From an uncultured Nitrospiraceae bacterium (GTDB lineage: Bacteria > Nitrospirota > Nitrospiria > Nitrospirales > Nitrospiraceae), in NCBI GenBank assembly GCA_963846575.1, contig CAWJWJ010000002.1, forward strand, positions 1,792,001-1,856,000: DNA of 64,000 bases, written 5' to 3'. The translations under genes were made by a program, and so were the position numbers. The notes under the pieces were generated by a model. That model saw only the letters and a list, made by a program, of their open reading frames with translations. It had not been told where the DNA came from and made no database searches. Shown one piece after another: positions 23,398 to 33,077 of the stretch (positions are counted from its first letter, which is position 1; every line of letters begins with the position of its first letter).

Positions 23398-24114
23398 TCA
23401 TACCGGTGAACCCGCGCCGTTCAGCCAACCTTGATCCGCGAAACTGACGTATCGCCCATCTCCCACAATCACATGATCCAGGACTTGAATACCCAGGAGA
23501 GTTCCAGCAGACACCAACCTGGACGTGAGCACCCGATCCTCCTGACTGGGTGTAGGATCTCCGCTAGGATGGTTATGAAGAAAAATGACTGCCGCAGCCG
23601 ACGCCCGCATGGCGGGGATAAACACTTCTCGTGGATGAACGATGCTCAAAGTCAGGCTGCCTTCAGATACGGTCACGTCACGAATGACTTGATGCTTGGC
23701 ATCCAGCAAAACCACCGCAAAGATCTCATGCCGTAGATCGCGCAACCGCGCGTGATAGTGCTTAAACAGGTCGGCACTGGAGCTGATCCGCATCCCAGTC
23801 GTCAGGGGGGCTGACACCGCGCGTTTGCCGAGTTCCACCGCCGCTATGATTTGAGCTGCCTTGGCAGGTCCGACGCCGGGGATCGTACAAAGTTCTTCAG
23901 CGCTACAGTGTAGAAGACCGGAGATTCCGCCAACGGATTCCAGGACTTCCATTCCGACCTTCACAGCGGACGCTTCCTGCCTTCCCACCCGCAGCAGGAT
24001 CGCAAGCAGTTGAGAGTCAGACAGGCTTTCGGCTCCCTCACAGAGCAAGCGCTCACGAGGGCGCTCAGTTTGCGGCCATTTATGGATGCCACGCCCTTGT
24101 TTCTTCACTGTCAT
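23398..24114 (-). CDS. radC: RadC / JAB-domain protein
   Basis: ERPRERLL, GVGPAKA, VHPREVF, HNHPSGDPTPS, VLDHVIVG. Confidence 0.95.
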   Translation of the reverse strand: MTVKKQGRGIHKWPQTERPRERLLCEGAESLSDSQLLAILLRVGRQEASAVKVGMEVLESVGGISGLLHCSAEELCTIPGVGPAKAAQIIAAVELGKRAVSAPLTTGMRISSSADLFKHYHARLRDLRHEIFAVVLLDAKHQVIRDVTVSEGSLTLSIVHPREVFIPAMRASAAAVIFLHNHPSGDPTPSQEDRVLTSRLVSAGTLLGIQVLDHVIVGDGRYVSFADQGWLNGAGSPV

Positions 24115-24238
24115 TCTTTTGTTCCATGACAAAAAAATGTCGGCTTGCACCTTTTTGTGCTGGCCACTTGACGCCTAATCAATCTCCTGCTAGGGGCCTG
24201 CACAGTGTAACCAATTGAAAACACTTATTTTTACAATT

Positions 24239-24254
24239 TGGTTCGCGTCTTGCT
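24239..24254 (+). promoter_or_regulatory. Putative sigma54 -24/-12 promoter
   Basis: TGGTTCGCGTCTTGCT = GG-N10-GC with TTGCT; AT-rich tract upstream. Confidence 0.6.
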
Positions 24255-24298
24255 TCAGAGCAGGCACAGCTGTAAACGTCGCCACCCAGGAGGAGCAA

Positions 24299-24472
24299 AT
24301 GGAATGTCCGAAATGCAAAGGCATGATGATGTTGGAACGGTTCTCGGATTTTTTTCTGATTTTCTACGCGTGGAAGTGCATCAACTGTGGTGCCATCATT
24401 GACCGAACCATTTCGGCCAATCGCCGAAAGAGCCTGGCCGCTCGCGAAGCTCAGCCGGTTGCCACTCGTTAG
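24299..24472 (+). CDS. Small 57-aa zinc-ribbon protein (CPKC...CINC)
   Basis: AGGAGG RBS; two CxxC motifs. Confidence 0.8.
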   Translation: MECPKCKGMMMLERFSDFFLIFYAWKCINCGAIIDRTISANRRKSLAAREAQPVATR

Positions 24473-24577
24473 ACCGGCCGTCCGCTCGAATGGTCGATAC
24501 GGTTGGTGCGTGCTGAGTAGGTGTGGGACCATTGGCCGTCTCTCTAGCTCACGCCAATCGAGTGTAGAAGCGGCCTG

Positions 24578-24606
24578 ATTATAACGAGCCTCCCTCCACG
24601 CGTCAA
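24578..24606 (-). promoter_or_regulatory. Near-consensus sigma70 promoter on the minus strand
   Basis: TTGACG (24606-24601), 17 bp, TATAAT (24583-24578). Confidence 0.7.
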
Positions 24607-24783
24607 AGCGCGACCTCCCCATCGACGTCTACAGCACTCCCCGTCGCCCGACGGGGAGAAGTGGCTCCCCAGCCTGGCCGGCCCGCTTTCGTGACAGGCC
24701 TTCACCTTGACCCCTTCAAAAACGCTGTGTTAGATTCTCTCACTTCACAGCCAGAGACGAATGGCTCTCACCTGAATACGATC

Positions 24784-25356
24784 ATGCGCGTCATCGCAGG
24801 GGTTCATCGGGGCCGACGGTTGCTGGGTCCCAGGGGACAGGCCATCCGGCCGACCTCTGACCGCGTGAAGGAGGCCCTCTTTTCCATTCTTGGTGAACGT
24901 ACCACGGGAGCCCGCGTGCTTGACCTCTATGCCGGTACCGGGTCGATTGGAATTGAAGCCTTGAGCCGCGGCGCGGCACATGTCACCTTTGTCGAGGCAA
25001 ACCGTGAGGCGCTCCGCCTCGTACAGTCCAACCTTGAGCAATGCGGGCTTCAACAGGCCGCCCGTATTTGTGCCTGTCAGGTCAAGCAGTTTTTTAGCCG
25101 CGGCAGCCTTTGGTCCGGCCCCTATGACATCGTCTTCTGTGATCCCCCCTATCAGGTGACCCCGGAGCTGGTGGCACTAGCCAACACGTGGGAGGGGCCA
25201 TGGCTGGCAGTGGACGCCGTGGTGATTTTCGAGCACGGGAAAAAAGCGGACATTCCATCGCCCCTGGGGTCGCTCACCAGGGTGAAACGCTATGACTACG
25301 GGGACACCGCGCTCACACTGTTTCAGGTCACCCCCCGAGAAGCTCACACGTCATGA
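24784..25356 (+). CDS. rsmD: 16S rRNA m2G966 methyltransferase
   Basis: MRVIAG, RPTSDRVKEALF, LDLYAGTG, EALSRGA, DPPY; precedes coaD. Confidence 0.95.
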   Translation: MRVIAGVHRGRRLLGPRGQAIRPTSDRVKEALFSILGERTTGARVLDLYAGTGSIGIEALSRGAAHVTFVEANREALRLVQSNLEQCGLQQAARICACQVKQFFSRGSLWSGPYDIVFCDPPYQVTPELVALANTWEGPWLAVDAVVIFEHGKKADIPSPLGSLTRVKRYDYGDTALTLFQVTPREAHTS

Positions 25357-25841
25357 AGATTGCCGTTTATCCAGGAACATTTGATCCGATAACGCATGGG
25401 CATAGTGATATTATTCGCCGCGGATTTCGGATGTTCGAAAAGGTGATTGTCGCGATTGCACCCAATCCGAGCAAACACCCGTTCTTCAGTCTGGAGGAAC
25501 GACTGGACATGGTCGCCCTGGTCACCAAGGATCTGCCGAATCTTGAGGTCACGACCTTCGAAGGGCTGCTGGTTGAGTTCGTTCAGAAAAGCGGCGCCCA
25601 CGCTATCTTGCGCGGATTGCGGGCGATATCCGATTTCGAGCATGAGTTTCAGATGGCCCTCATCAATCGAAAGCTTGCCGAAACCGTTGAGACCGTGTTC
25701 CTCATGCCCAGTGAAGAGTTTTCTTATCTGTCTTCCACCATTATTAAGGATGTCGCCAGACACGGCGGGGCGCTCAAAGACTTTGTCCACCCCGAAGTGG
25801 CCCGGAGACTCCAAGAACGAATTCGGAGTTTCAAAGGATGA
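25353..25841 (+). CDS. coaD: Phosphopantetheine adenylyltransferase
   Basis: YPGTFDPITHGH, RGLRAISDFE. Confidence 0.98.
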   Translation: MKIAVYPGTFDPITHGHSDIIRRGFRMFEKVIVAIAPNPSKHPFFSLEERLDMVALVTKDLPNLEVTTFEGLLVEFVQKSGAHAILRGLRAISDFEHEFQMALINRKLAETVETVFLMPSEEFSYLSSTIIKDVARHGGALKDFVHPEVARRLQERIRSFKG

Positions 25842-27031
25842 AACTTGCAGCCCGTGTCGGAAGAATTGTCCCGTCCCCCACCCTGAGCATCACAGCTACC
25901 GCCAAAGCCATGGTCGCACAGGGAATCGATGTCATCGACTTTGCCTCCGGAGAACCGGATTTTGATACCCCTGAACCGGTGAAAGCGGCAGCCGAAGCTG
26001 CGATCCGGGCGGGATTCACGAAATACACGCCCTCGTCGGGCATCGACGAGTTGCGCGGCGCCATTGCCGACAAGTTAAAAGCCGAGCAGGGACTCCGATA
26101 TGAAAAATCCCAGATCCTCGTCTCCTGCGGCGCGAAACATTCGCTCTACAATCTTGCAGAGGCGCTGCTGGAGGCGGGTGATGAACTGATCATCCCGGTC
26201 CCTTTCTGGGTGTCCTACCAGGATCAGACTTTGCTGAACGATGCGACGCCAATCCTCCTGCATACGCAGGAGCAGGATGGGTACACGATCAGTGAGGAGG
26301 CGCTCGAAGCCGTCATTACCCCCCGCACCAAGGCCGTGATCGTCAATAGCCCGTCCAATCCAACCGGCGCGACTTATGATCGAAAAACGCTTGAAGGAAT
26401 CGCCGCCGTAGCCTTACGTCACGACCTCATCATCATTTCCGATGAGATCTACGAGAAAGTGCTCTACGACGGGCATCAGCACGTCAGCATCGCCGCCCTG
26501 AGTCCGGAAGTGGCTGCAAGAACAGTGGTGATTAACGGCGTCTCAAAGGCCTACGCCATGACCGGATGGCGGATCGGATATGCTGCCGGACCCAAGGATT
26601 TGCTCACGGCGATGGCCAATATTCAGAGCCAGAGCACGTCGAACCCCTGTTCAATTTCACAGAAGGCTGCCGTGGCCGCCTTGCGCCTGGGAGATCCGTT
26701 TACCAAGATGATGGTCGAGGAATTCGACCGGCGCCGTCGCGTGATGGTCGACCGGCTCAACAAGCTCCCCGGCGTGAGCTGCCGCATGCCGACAGGCGCG
26801 TTTTATGCTTTCCCGAATGTCAGTGGTTTGCTGGCCAGGCATTGGAAGAATCGCCCGATCGATTCTCCCGCGGCCTTGGCGACGTTTTTACTCGATGAAG
26901 CGCAGGTGGCGGTCGTTCCCGGAGAACCATTCGGAAGTGGATGCCATATTCGCCTTTCATACGCCACGGCGATGGAGTCCATTGAGCGAGGACTGGCTCG
27001 CATCGAGGTCGCCCTCGCGCGACTTTCCTAG
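25838..27031 (+). CDS. aspC: Class I/II PLP aminotransferase (aspartate aminotransferase-like)
   Basis: GEPDFDTP, NSPSNPTG, SDEIY, SKAYAMTGWRIG. Confidence 0.9.
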   Translation: MKLAARVGRIVPSPTLSITATAKAMVAQGIDVIDFASGEPDFDTPEPVKAAAEAAIRAGFTKYTPSSGIDELRGAIADKLKAEQGLRYEKSQILVSCGAKHSLYNLAEALLEAGDELIIPVPFWVSYQDQTLLNDATPILLHTQEQDGYTISEEALEAVITPRTKAVIVNSPSNPTGATYDRKTLEGIAAVALRHDLIIISDEIYEKVLYDGHQHVSIAALSPEVAARTVVINGVSKAYAMTGWRIGYAAGPKDLLTAMANIQSQSTSNPCSISQKAAVAALRLGDPFTKMMVEEFDRRRRVMVDRLNKLPGVSCRMPTGAFYAFPNVSGLLARHWKNRPIDSPAALATFLLDEAQVAVVPGEPFGSGCHIRLSYATAMESIERGLARIEVALARLS

Positions 27032-27165
27032 CTCCGGAATCTTATCCGTGACGGCTCTTGATTTTTCAGGAATCGAGGTTACGTACAAAAGAGTAACCGT
27101 TCATAAGCTCTGACGATCACCCTCGCAGGATTCAGCAGGTCGCGTGACGACAGGAGGACAGACCC

Positions 27166-27570
27166 GTGCCCATTTATGAATACCAATGTAGTAGCTGCAC
27201 CCATCGGTTTGAATTGAAGCAGAGTATCAAGGACGACCCCATCAAGGAATGCCCTCGGTGCGGCAAGGACGTGACGAAGTTGATCTCCTCCCCTGCCATC
27301 ATGTTCAAAGGCAGCGGGTGGTATATCACCGATTACTCCGACAAGATGAAACCGGGTTCGGGCAGTGAATCGTCGGAGAAGCCGGCTGCTTCCGATGCGG
27401 AAAAAACAAAGACGCCAGCCTCGTCGGAGAACGGTGGAACGAGCCCTGCTGCGACGCCGGCTGCTGCCGCGCCCGCTCCGGCGGCATCCAGTTCCACAAC
27501 GACCTCCAGTGCAGGTCCAGCCAGCAGCGGGTCGTCGAATTCGAGCTCCTCTTCCTCTTCAGCGGCCTGA
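27166..27570 (+). CDS. FmdB family zinc-ribbon protein with Ser/Ala-rich tail
   Basis: MPIYEYQCSSC...CPRCG...FKGSGWYITDY; AGGAGG RBS. Confidence 0.92.
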   Translation: MPIYEYQCSSCTHRFELKQSIKDDPIKECPRCGKDVTKLISSPAIMFKGSGWYITDYSDKMKPGSGSESSEKPAASDAEKTKTPASSENGGTSPAATPAAAAPAPAASSSTTTSSAGPASSGSSNSSSSSSSAA

Positions 27571-27704
27571 TCAGGTTGCCGGATCCGCGGGCATCATCTC
27601 AGCCGCCTGATGCTCGCCCACCGGCAGGTGGCACGTGCCATGTTGCGGAGGGATTCGGCGTCAGCATGGGGTGGGAGGCTCGGTGAGCCGGTGCTATGGG
27701 CGGA

Positions 27705-28145
27705 TCATCTGACCGGCGCCGGTTTCTTTTTCTTCACATTCGGCTTGCTGGGTGATTTCAACGGGGTCTTCGAAGCAGGCTTGACGGACTTCTTCGTTAC
27801 CGCTTTTCCTGACGACTTCGTCGCCTGTCCTTTTGTGGCCTTCACCGCGCGTTCTCTCGCCGCCGCAATGGTATGCTCCAGGTTGGCGATCATCGCCGAC
27901 TTTTCCTTGTTGACCCGCGTTAAATCCTCCACACGAATTTGAAGTTCTTCTTTCGCCTTGTTCGAGGCATTGAGCTGATTTTGCAGCAGAGCTTTGTCCG
28001 CGGCTGCCTGTTGAGCCTCGGAATGCAACTGTTCGATTTGAGCCTGTAGGGCCGGTGGCCAGAAATCGCAGCCAGCCAGCATGAGCAGGGCGCCGACTCC
28101 GGCCGCAGAAAATCCCATCACCGCGCGACGCGAACGAGTGAGCAT
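27705..28145 (-). CDS. Hypothetical lipoprotein with coiled coil and Lys-rich tail
   Basis: Lipobox LAGC; GGAGG RBS. Confidence 0.75.
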   Translation of the reverse strand: MLTRSRRAVMGFSAAGVGALLMLAGCDFWPPALQAQIEQLHSEAQQAAADKALLQNQLNASNKAKEELQIRVEDLTRVNKEKSAMIANLEHTIAAARERAVKATKGQATKSSGKAVTKKSVKPASKTPLKSPSKPNVKKKKPAPVR

Positions 28146-28193
28146 AAGTAGTCCTCCAATGAGGGTGAATTATACCGACAACCGACCGTCAAA

Positions 28194-28841
28194 TCATGAT
28201 GAAAGTGTGTAGCCTCGACCTTCGAGCGCCATGCGAATCAAGTCGGTAGGGAGAATTCCTGCTCGGACCAGTCGCGGGCGGCCACGAGTGTCGATCAAGG
28301 TGGAGGGGAGCCCGCCTGGCGTACGACCTCCGTCCAAAATCAGATCGAGTGCGGACCCCAGCCTGCGTTCGATCTCATGCTGGTTGTCGATGGACGGTTC
28401 GGCGGAACGATTCGCGCTGGTTCCGGTCAAGGGGCCCGTTCGGGACAACAATCTCCGCAAGGATGACAACGGAGACAGACGAACTCCGATCGTTCCAGTG
28501 CCGGCGGTCAGCCAAGTCGACAGACCCGCTGCGGCCGGAAACACGAGCGTCAAAGGACCAGGCCAAAACTCATCCATGAGGAACGCGGCGGCGGGAGGAA
28601 TGGAGTCCACCAGTTGCGTCAACTGATCGCGCTCCCCGATCAGCACGAGAATCGGCTTGTCCGGAGGACGCCCTTTCACAGCGGCGAGGCGGCGGAGCGC
28701 TGCCTCCTGAGTAGGACGCACCGCCAGGCCATAGTAGGTTTCGGTAGGAAGCGCGACGACACCCTCCGCGGCTAAGACCTGCTCAACCTGCGGCAGGACG
28801 GTCTCACACGTGTCGTCGTTGAAGGGAAGGACCAAGGCCAT
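28194..28841 (-). CDS. tsaC: L-threonylcarbamoyladenylate synthase (TsaC/Sua5)
   Basis: LPTETYYGL, KGRPPDKP, WPGPLT, TSANRS. Confidence 0.95.
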   Translation of the reverse strand: MALVLPFNDDTCETVLPQVEQVLAAEGVVALPTETYYGLAVRPTQEAALRRLAAVKGRPPDKPILVLIGERDQLTQLVDSIPPAAAFLMDEFWPGPLTLVFPAAAGLSTWLTAGTGTIGVRLSPLSSLRRLLSRTGPLTGTSANRSAEPSIDNQHEIERRLGSALDLILDGGRTPGGLPSTLIDTRGRPRLVRAGILPTDLIRMALEGRGYTLSS

Positions 28842-28874
28842 GACGCTGATGCAGATTCGATCAGGCCTTGGATG

Positions 28875-30140
28875 TTACAAGGCCCGATGCGCGATGTCGG
28901 TTCGATAATGTTGACCGTCGAAGAGAATTGAGGGCACGGTCCGGTAAACCTCTTCTCTCGCCTCCCGGAGGGAGGGAGCCCAGGCCGTCACGGCGAGCAC
29001 CCGTCCACCGGCCGTCACGATTGTTTCCGCGTTACGTTTCGTCCCGGCGTGGAACACGGCCACATGAGCATCCGCAGGCTGGGGACTTAGTCCCCGAATA
29101 ATGAACCCCGCCTGATACGAACCCGGATAACCGGGAGACGTCATCACAACACAAACCGCCGTATCAGTGCGCCATTCCACCGTGAGTTGATCCAGACGAT
29201 GGTTAACGACCGCCTCCATCACATCGACCAGATCGGTTTTTAGCAGCGGCAGCACGACTTCCGTTTCCGGATCCCCCATGCGCGCGTTGAATTCCAACAC
29301 GTACGGAACACCGTTTACAATCATGAGGCCCGCGTAGAGCACCCCTTGAAAGGGACAACCGAGCCGAGCCATCGCGTCGACGGTCGGTTGCAGCACCTGG
29401 CGGGTCACCTGTTCACGAAGCGCCGCTGTCGCGACGGGAGCGGGAGCATACGCGCCCATTCCTCCGGTATTCGGACCGGTGTCACCGTCCCCGACCCGTT
29501 TGTGATCCTGGGCCGGCACCATCGGGACAACCGTTTTCCCATCGGTGAAGGCCATGATGGTGAGCTCTTCCCCATCCAGAAATTCTTCGATTAAGACGCG
29601 ATGTCCGGCCTGCCCGAACAGCGATTTGTCCATGGCGTCATGCACGGCCCGCTTGGCTTCCTCGCGCGTGGTCGCCACCACGACGCCCTTCCCCTGCGCG
29701 AGGCCGTCCGCCTTCACCACGATCGGAACGGGTTGCTCGTCGAGATAGGCCAACGCCTGGTCGATTTGTTCGAAGCTGCGCGCCCTGGCCGTCGCGATAC
29801 CGTTGGCAGCCATGATGTCTTTGGAAAAACTTTTACTGGATTCCAACCGCGCGGCGGCTTTGGTCGGACCGAAGATTTTCAGCCGTGCCTTCCGGAACTC
29901 ATCCGCAATGCCGAGCGCCAAGGGAGCTTCGGGGCCGACTACCGTGAGGTCAATCTGTTCCTTGAGCGCGAAGTCCCTCAGCCCGGTGAGATCGTCGGCT
30001 TGAATGGGCACACAGGTCGCGAGGCTTTCAATGCCGGCATTGCCCGGTGCGCAGAAAACTTTCGGCTGTCGCCGGCTCTGCGAGATTTTCCAGACGAGGG
30101 CATGTTCGCGCCCGCCACCGCCAACCACCAGAATCTTCAC
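28875..30140 (-). CDS. purD: Phosphoribosylamine--glycine ligase
   Basis: GGGGREHAL, KADGLAQGKGV, QDHKR, PNTGGMG. Confidence 0.98.
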   Translation of the reverse strand: MKILVVGGGGREHALVWKISQSRRQPKVFCAPGNAGIESLATCVPIQADDLTGLRDFALKEQIDLTVVGPEAPLALGIADEFRKARLKIFGPTKAAARLESSKSFSKDIMAANGIATARARSFEQIDQALAYLDEQPVPIVVKADGLAQGKGVVVATTREEAKRAVHDAMDKSLFGQAGHRVLIEEFLDGEELTIMAFTDGKTVVPMVPAQDHKRVGDGDTGPNTGGMGAYAPAPVATAALREQVTRQVLQPTVDAMARLGCPFQGVLYAGLMIVNGVPYVLEFNARMGDPETEVVLPLLKTDLVDVMEAVVNHRLDQLTVEWRTDTAVCVVMTSPGYPGSYQAGFIIRGLSPQPADAHVAVFHAGTKRNAETIVTAGGRVLAVTAWAPSLREAREEVYRTVPSILFDGQHYRTDIAHRAL

Positions 30141-30305
30141 AGCTCAACCTTTAGTTTAGGCAACAGAATTGAAGGCTCGAACTTGAGGCTGCCTAGCCTG
30201 TCCGACCGACAGGCCACGAAGCGAGCCGGAGGCCTCAATGTACCATCGCGGGAACATTGAAACCCCGGCTCACTGATGCAACCCGCGGCCAGACAAGGAG
30301 CCGAT

Positions 30306-31859
30306 CTAGTGCCGGAAGTGCCGCATGCCCGTCATGATCATGGCCATTCCATGTTCATCGACTGCCTTGGTCACCTCGGGATCACGGATTGAGCCGCCCG
30401 GTTGGATGACACAGGTGATTCCCGCCTCCGCCGCTGCGTCGACCCCGTCGCGAAAGGGGAAGAACGCATCGGACGCCATGACGCACCCTTTCACGGTCGA
30501 CTGGGCCTTCATGACGGCGAGCTTCACGGAATCGACCCGGCTCATTTGCCCCGCGCCGATCCCCACAATTTCACCGGGTCGACCATAGACGATGGCGTTG
30601 GACTTCACGTGCTTACAGACGACCCAGGCGAACGCGCAGGCCGCATATTCTTCTGCCGTCGGCTTTCGGGACGTCGGTACCGCCAACGCCTTAATGTCAC
30701 TGAGCATTCCCAGATCCCGATCCTGCACGATCAACCCGCCGACTAATTTTTTCAGATCGTATCCCTCTGCGGTGGCCTTGGTGAGCGGCCCCACATCCAG
30801 AAGCCGGATATCTTTCTTGCGTTTGAGTTCGGACAGGGCGTCCTCGGCAAACCCCGGCGCGATGACGACTTCGACAAAGGTCGAGGTGATCTCCTTGGCG
30901 ACCGCCAGATCGACGGGACGATTGAATGCAATCACCCCGCCAAATGCTGAGACCGGATCGGTGGCGCGCGCCTTCACGTACGCTTCGACGGGCGTCGTGC
31001 CCAACGCACAACCGCAGGGATTGTTGTGCTTGATAATCGCGACGGCGGTCTGCTCGAACTCTTTCACCAGTTCGAGGGCCGAATTGGAATCCAGAAAATT
31101 ATTGTAGGACATCGCCTTGCCGTGCAGAATTTTTCCGCGCGACACGGCGGGCTCCTTCGCCATGAGTTCACGATAGAACGCACCCTGCTGATGCGGGTTC
31201 TCTCCGTACCGCAGCGTCTCCACCCGCTCGAACTGCATCGACAGGATGGCGGGGAACTTGACTTCGCCGCCCTGCACCTGCTTCTCCAGGTATCCTGCGA
31301 TGAGGCTGTCGTATCGAGCCGTATGTTGAAACACCTTCATGGCCAGTTCGCGCCGCAACGCCGGAGTCACGGAGCCGGCCTTCAACGCTTCGAGCACCCG
31401 GCCGTAGTCGGCGGGGTCCACAAGGACCAGGACGTCCCCATGATTCTTCGCCGCGGACCGCAGCATGGAGGGGCCACCAATGTCGATATTCTCAATGGCC
31501 TCCTCGAACGGGCAATTCGGCTTGGCGATGGTCGATTCAAAGGGGTAGAGATTGACGACAACCACATCGATGTTGCCAATCCCATGCTGCTGCATCTGTG
31601 CCACATGGTCGGGAACTCCCCGACGACCCAGCAGCCCGCCGTGAATTTTGGGGTGCAACGTTTTAACGCGACCATCCAGAATCTCCGGGGACCCGGTGTA
31701 GGCGGCCACGTCGGTCACCGCGATGCCAGCCTCTCGCAGGGCCTTAGCGGTTCCGCCGGTCGAAAGTACTTCCGCTCCGAGAGCCGCCAGCCCCTTGGCC
31801 ATCTCGACCACTCCTGTTTTGTCAGAAACACTGATCAGTGCCCGCGCGATGCTGGCCAT
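30306..31859 (-). CDS. purH: AICAR transformylase / IMP cyclohydrolase
   Basis: [40 protein letters not shown]. Confidence 0.99.
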   Translation of the reverse strand: MASIARALISVSDKTGVVEMAKGLAALGAEVLSTGGTAKALREAGIAVTDVAAYTGSPEILDGRVKTLHPKIHGGLLGRRGVPDHVAQMQQHGIGNIDVVVVNLYPFESTIAKPNCPFEEAIENIDIGGPSMLRSAAKNHGDVLVLVDPADYGRVLEALKAGSVTPALRRELAMKVFQHTARYDSLIAGYLEKQVQGGEVKFPAILSMQFERVETLRYGENPHQQGAFYRELMAKEPAVSRGKILHGKAMSYNNFLDSNSALELVKEFEQTAVAIIKHNNPCGCALGTTPVEAYVKARATDPVSAFGGVIAFNRPVDLAVAKEITSTFVEVVIAPGFAEDALSELKRKKDIRLLDVGPLTKATAEGYDLKKLVGGLIVQDRDLGMLSDIKALAVPTSRKPTAEEYAACAFAWVVCKHVKSNAIVYGRPGEIVGIGAGQMSRVDSVKLAVMKAQSTVKGCVMASDAFFPFRDGVDAAAEAGITCVIQPGGSIRDPEVTKAVDEHGMAMIMTGMRHFRH

Positions 31860-32182
31860 GATGAACTCCTTCACGTATCAATAGTCATGTTGGGTGGGAA
31901 AATCGTAGACGAAAAGCGGCGTGAGAATACCAGATGGGCCAAAGCCACTGCAAGCCAAAGGACATTTTCGCATGTCGAGCCTCCTCCCTCGCAGGCGATA
32001 GCGGGAACAGCCGCCCCGAGATTGCCGCTAGCATGCGTTACAGCGATGTGGTACCCTCCCCTTCATACCGTACGCGGTAGATCAATTTCATGAAGTAGCA
32101 CTCGAAGTATTGGGACGGTCACCATCCTCTCATATCCGATGCCGCTGTTGAACTTCGTGCATGGGGCAATAAGGGCTTGCGC

Positions 32183-33073
32183 ATGTCGCGCGGAATTATT
32201 TTCGGAGCAGGACTTCTCGCACTAACATTGCTGGCCTTGCTGTGTATCCCGCGCCACCTGCCGGTGACGCCGTCGGCGGCCGGTCATCCCGTCTTCAGTG
32301 CCCGCTTTGAGAACGGACAGTTGATGCTGTCCGGTGTCGTGGGCAGCGAGAACGCCAAGGAGGCGGCGGTGGTTCGTGCACAGGACTTGATCAAGGGCAC
32401 GAAGCTGCGAGTGACCGACGACCTTGAAGTGCTGGGCACCGGCGGAGCCGACTGGGAAAGCGCCCTGCCCACATTGCTCGCGCAATTTTCCACCCTCCAT
32501 CACCAATCGGCTGCCCTCTCTCTCTCCGGCCATACGGCCACAATTAAAGGGGTCGTGTCGTCCGGCGAGGCGAAAACAAAGCTTCTCCATGAGGTCGCAT
32601 CGATACTTGGCACCTCGATGAAGGTACAGGATCAGCTGACTGTCGCACCCGGCCTCGCAACCACGCTGTCTCCCGGTCAAGCGCCCGCAGCTCCCCATCA
32701 GTCCAGAGCTCAGATTCAATCCGGCCTGGATGAGTTGTTGCGAGGCGAGTCGATCGCGTTCGAAAGCAACAGCGCCGTTCTGACGGCAAAGGGGCGGGCC
32801 GTCATCGATAAACTGATTCCGGCAGTCAAACGTTCGCCTGAGGCCGTGATTGAAATCGGGGGCCATACCGACTCCTATGGCGATCCCGACTATAACCTTC
32901 AGCTCAGCCGGACGCGGGCCGAAGCGGTCCGTCAATATATGCTCGACCACGCGGTCACGAATCGACTCACCGCCGTCGGCTATGGTTCGACTCGCCCCTT
33001 AAGTCCTGAACGGACGCGCGCCGCTTCCAGGAAAAACCGGCGCATCGAATTTCGCGTGAAAGAGGAACGGTGA
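32183..33073 (+). CDS. Membrane-anchored protein with BON-like domains and OmpA-C peptidoglycan-binding domain (ArfA-like)
   Basis: N-terminal TM; IEIGGHTDS...NLQLSRTRAEAV...NRRIEF. Confidence 0.85.
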   Translation: MSRGIIFGAGLLALTLLALLCIPRHLPVTPSAAGHPVFSARFENGQLMLSGVVGSENAKEAAVVRAQDLIKGTKLRVTDDLEVLGTGGADWESALPTLLAQFSTLHHQSAALSLSGHTATIKGVVSSGEAKTKLLHEVASILGTSMKVQDQLTVAPGLATTLSPGQAPAAPHQSRAQIQSGLDELLRGESIAFESNSAVLTAKGRAVIDKLIPAVKRSPEAVIEIGGHTDSYGDPDYNLQLSRTRAEAVRQYMLDHAVTNRLTAVGYGSTRPLSPERTRAASRKNRRIEFRVKEER

Positions 33074-33077
33074 ACGT

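Noticed and set aside
23398..24114. radC as a marker of an integrated mobile element
   Set aside because: It is the full-length chromosomal type among housekeeping genes, with no integrase or att sites seen.
27420..27570. Ser/Ala-rich low-complexity stretch as a repeat array
   Set aside because: It is a coding disordered tail typical of FmdB-family proteins, with no fixed-period DNA repeat.
31860..32100. ZTP (pfl) riboswitch upstream of purH
   Set aside because: No matching motif was seen, and a plausible promoter (TTGCAG-18-TATTCT) leaves only a short leader.
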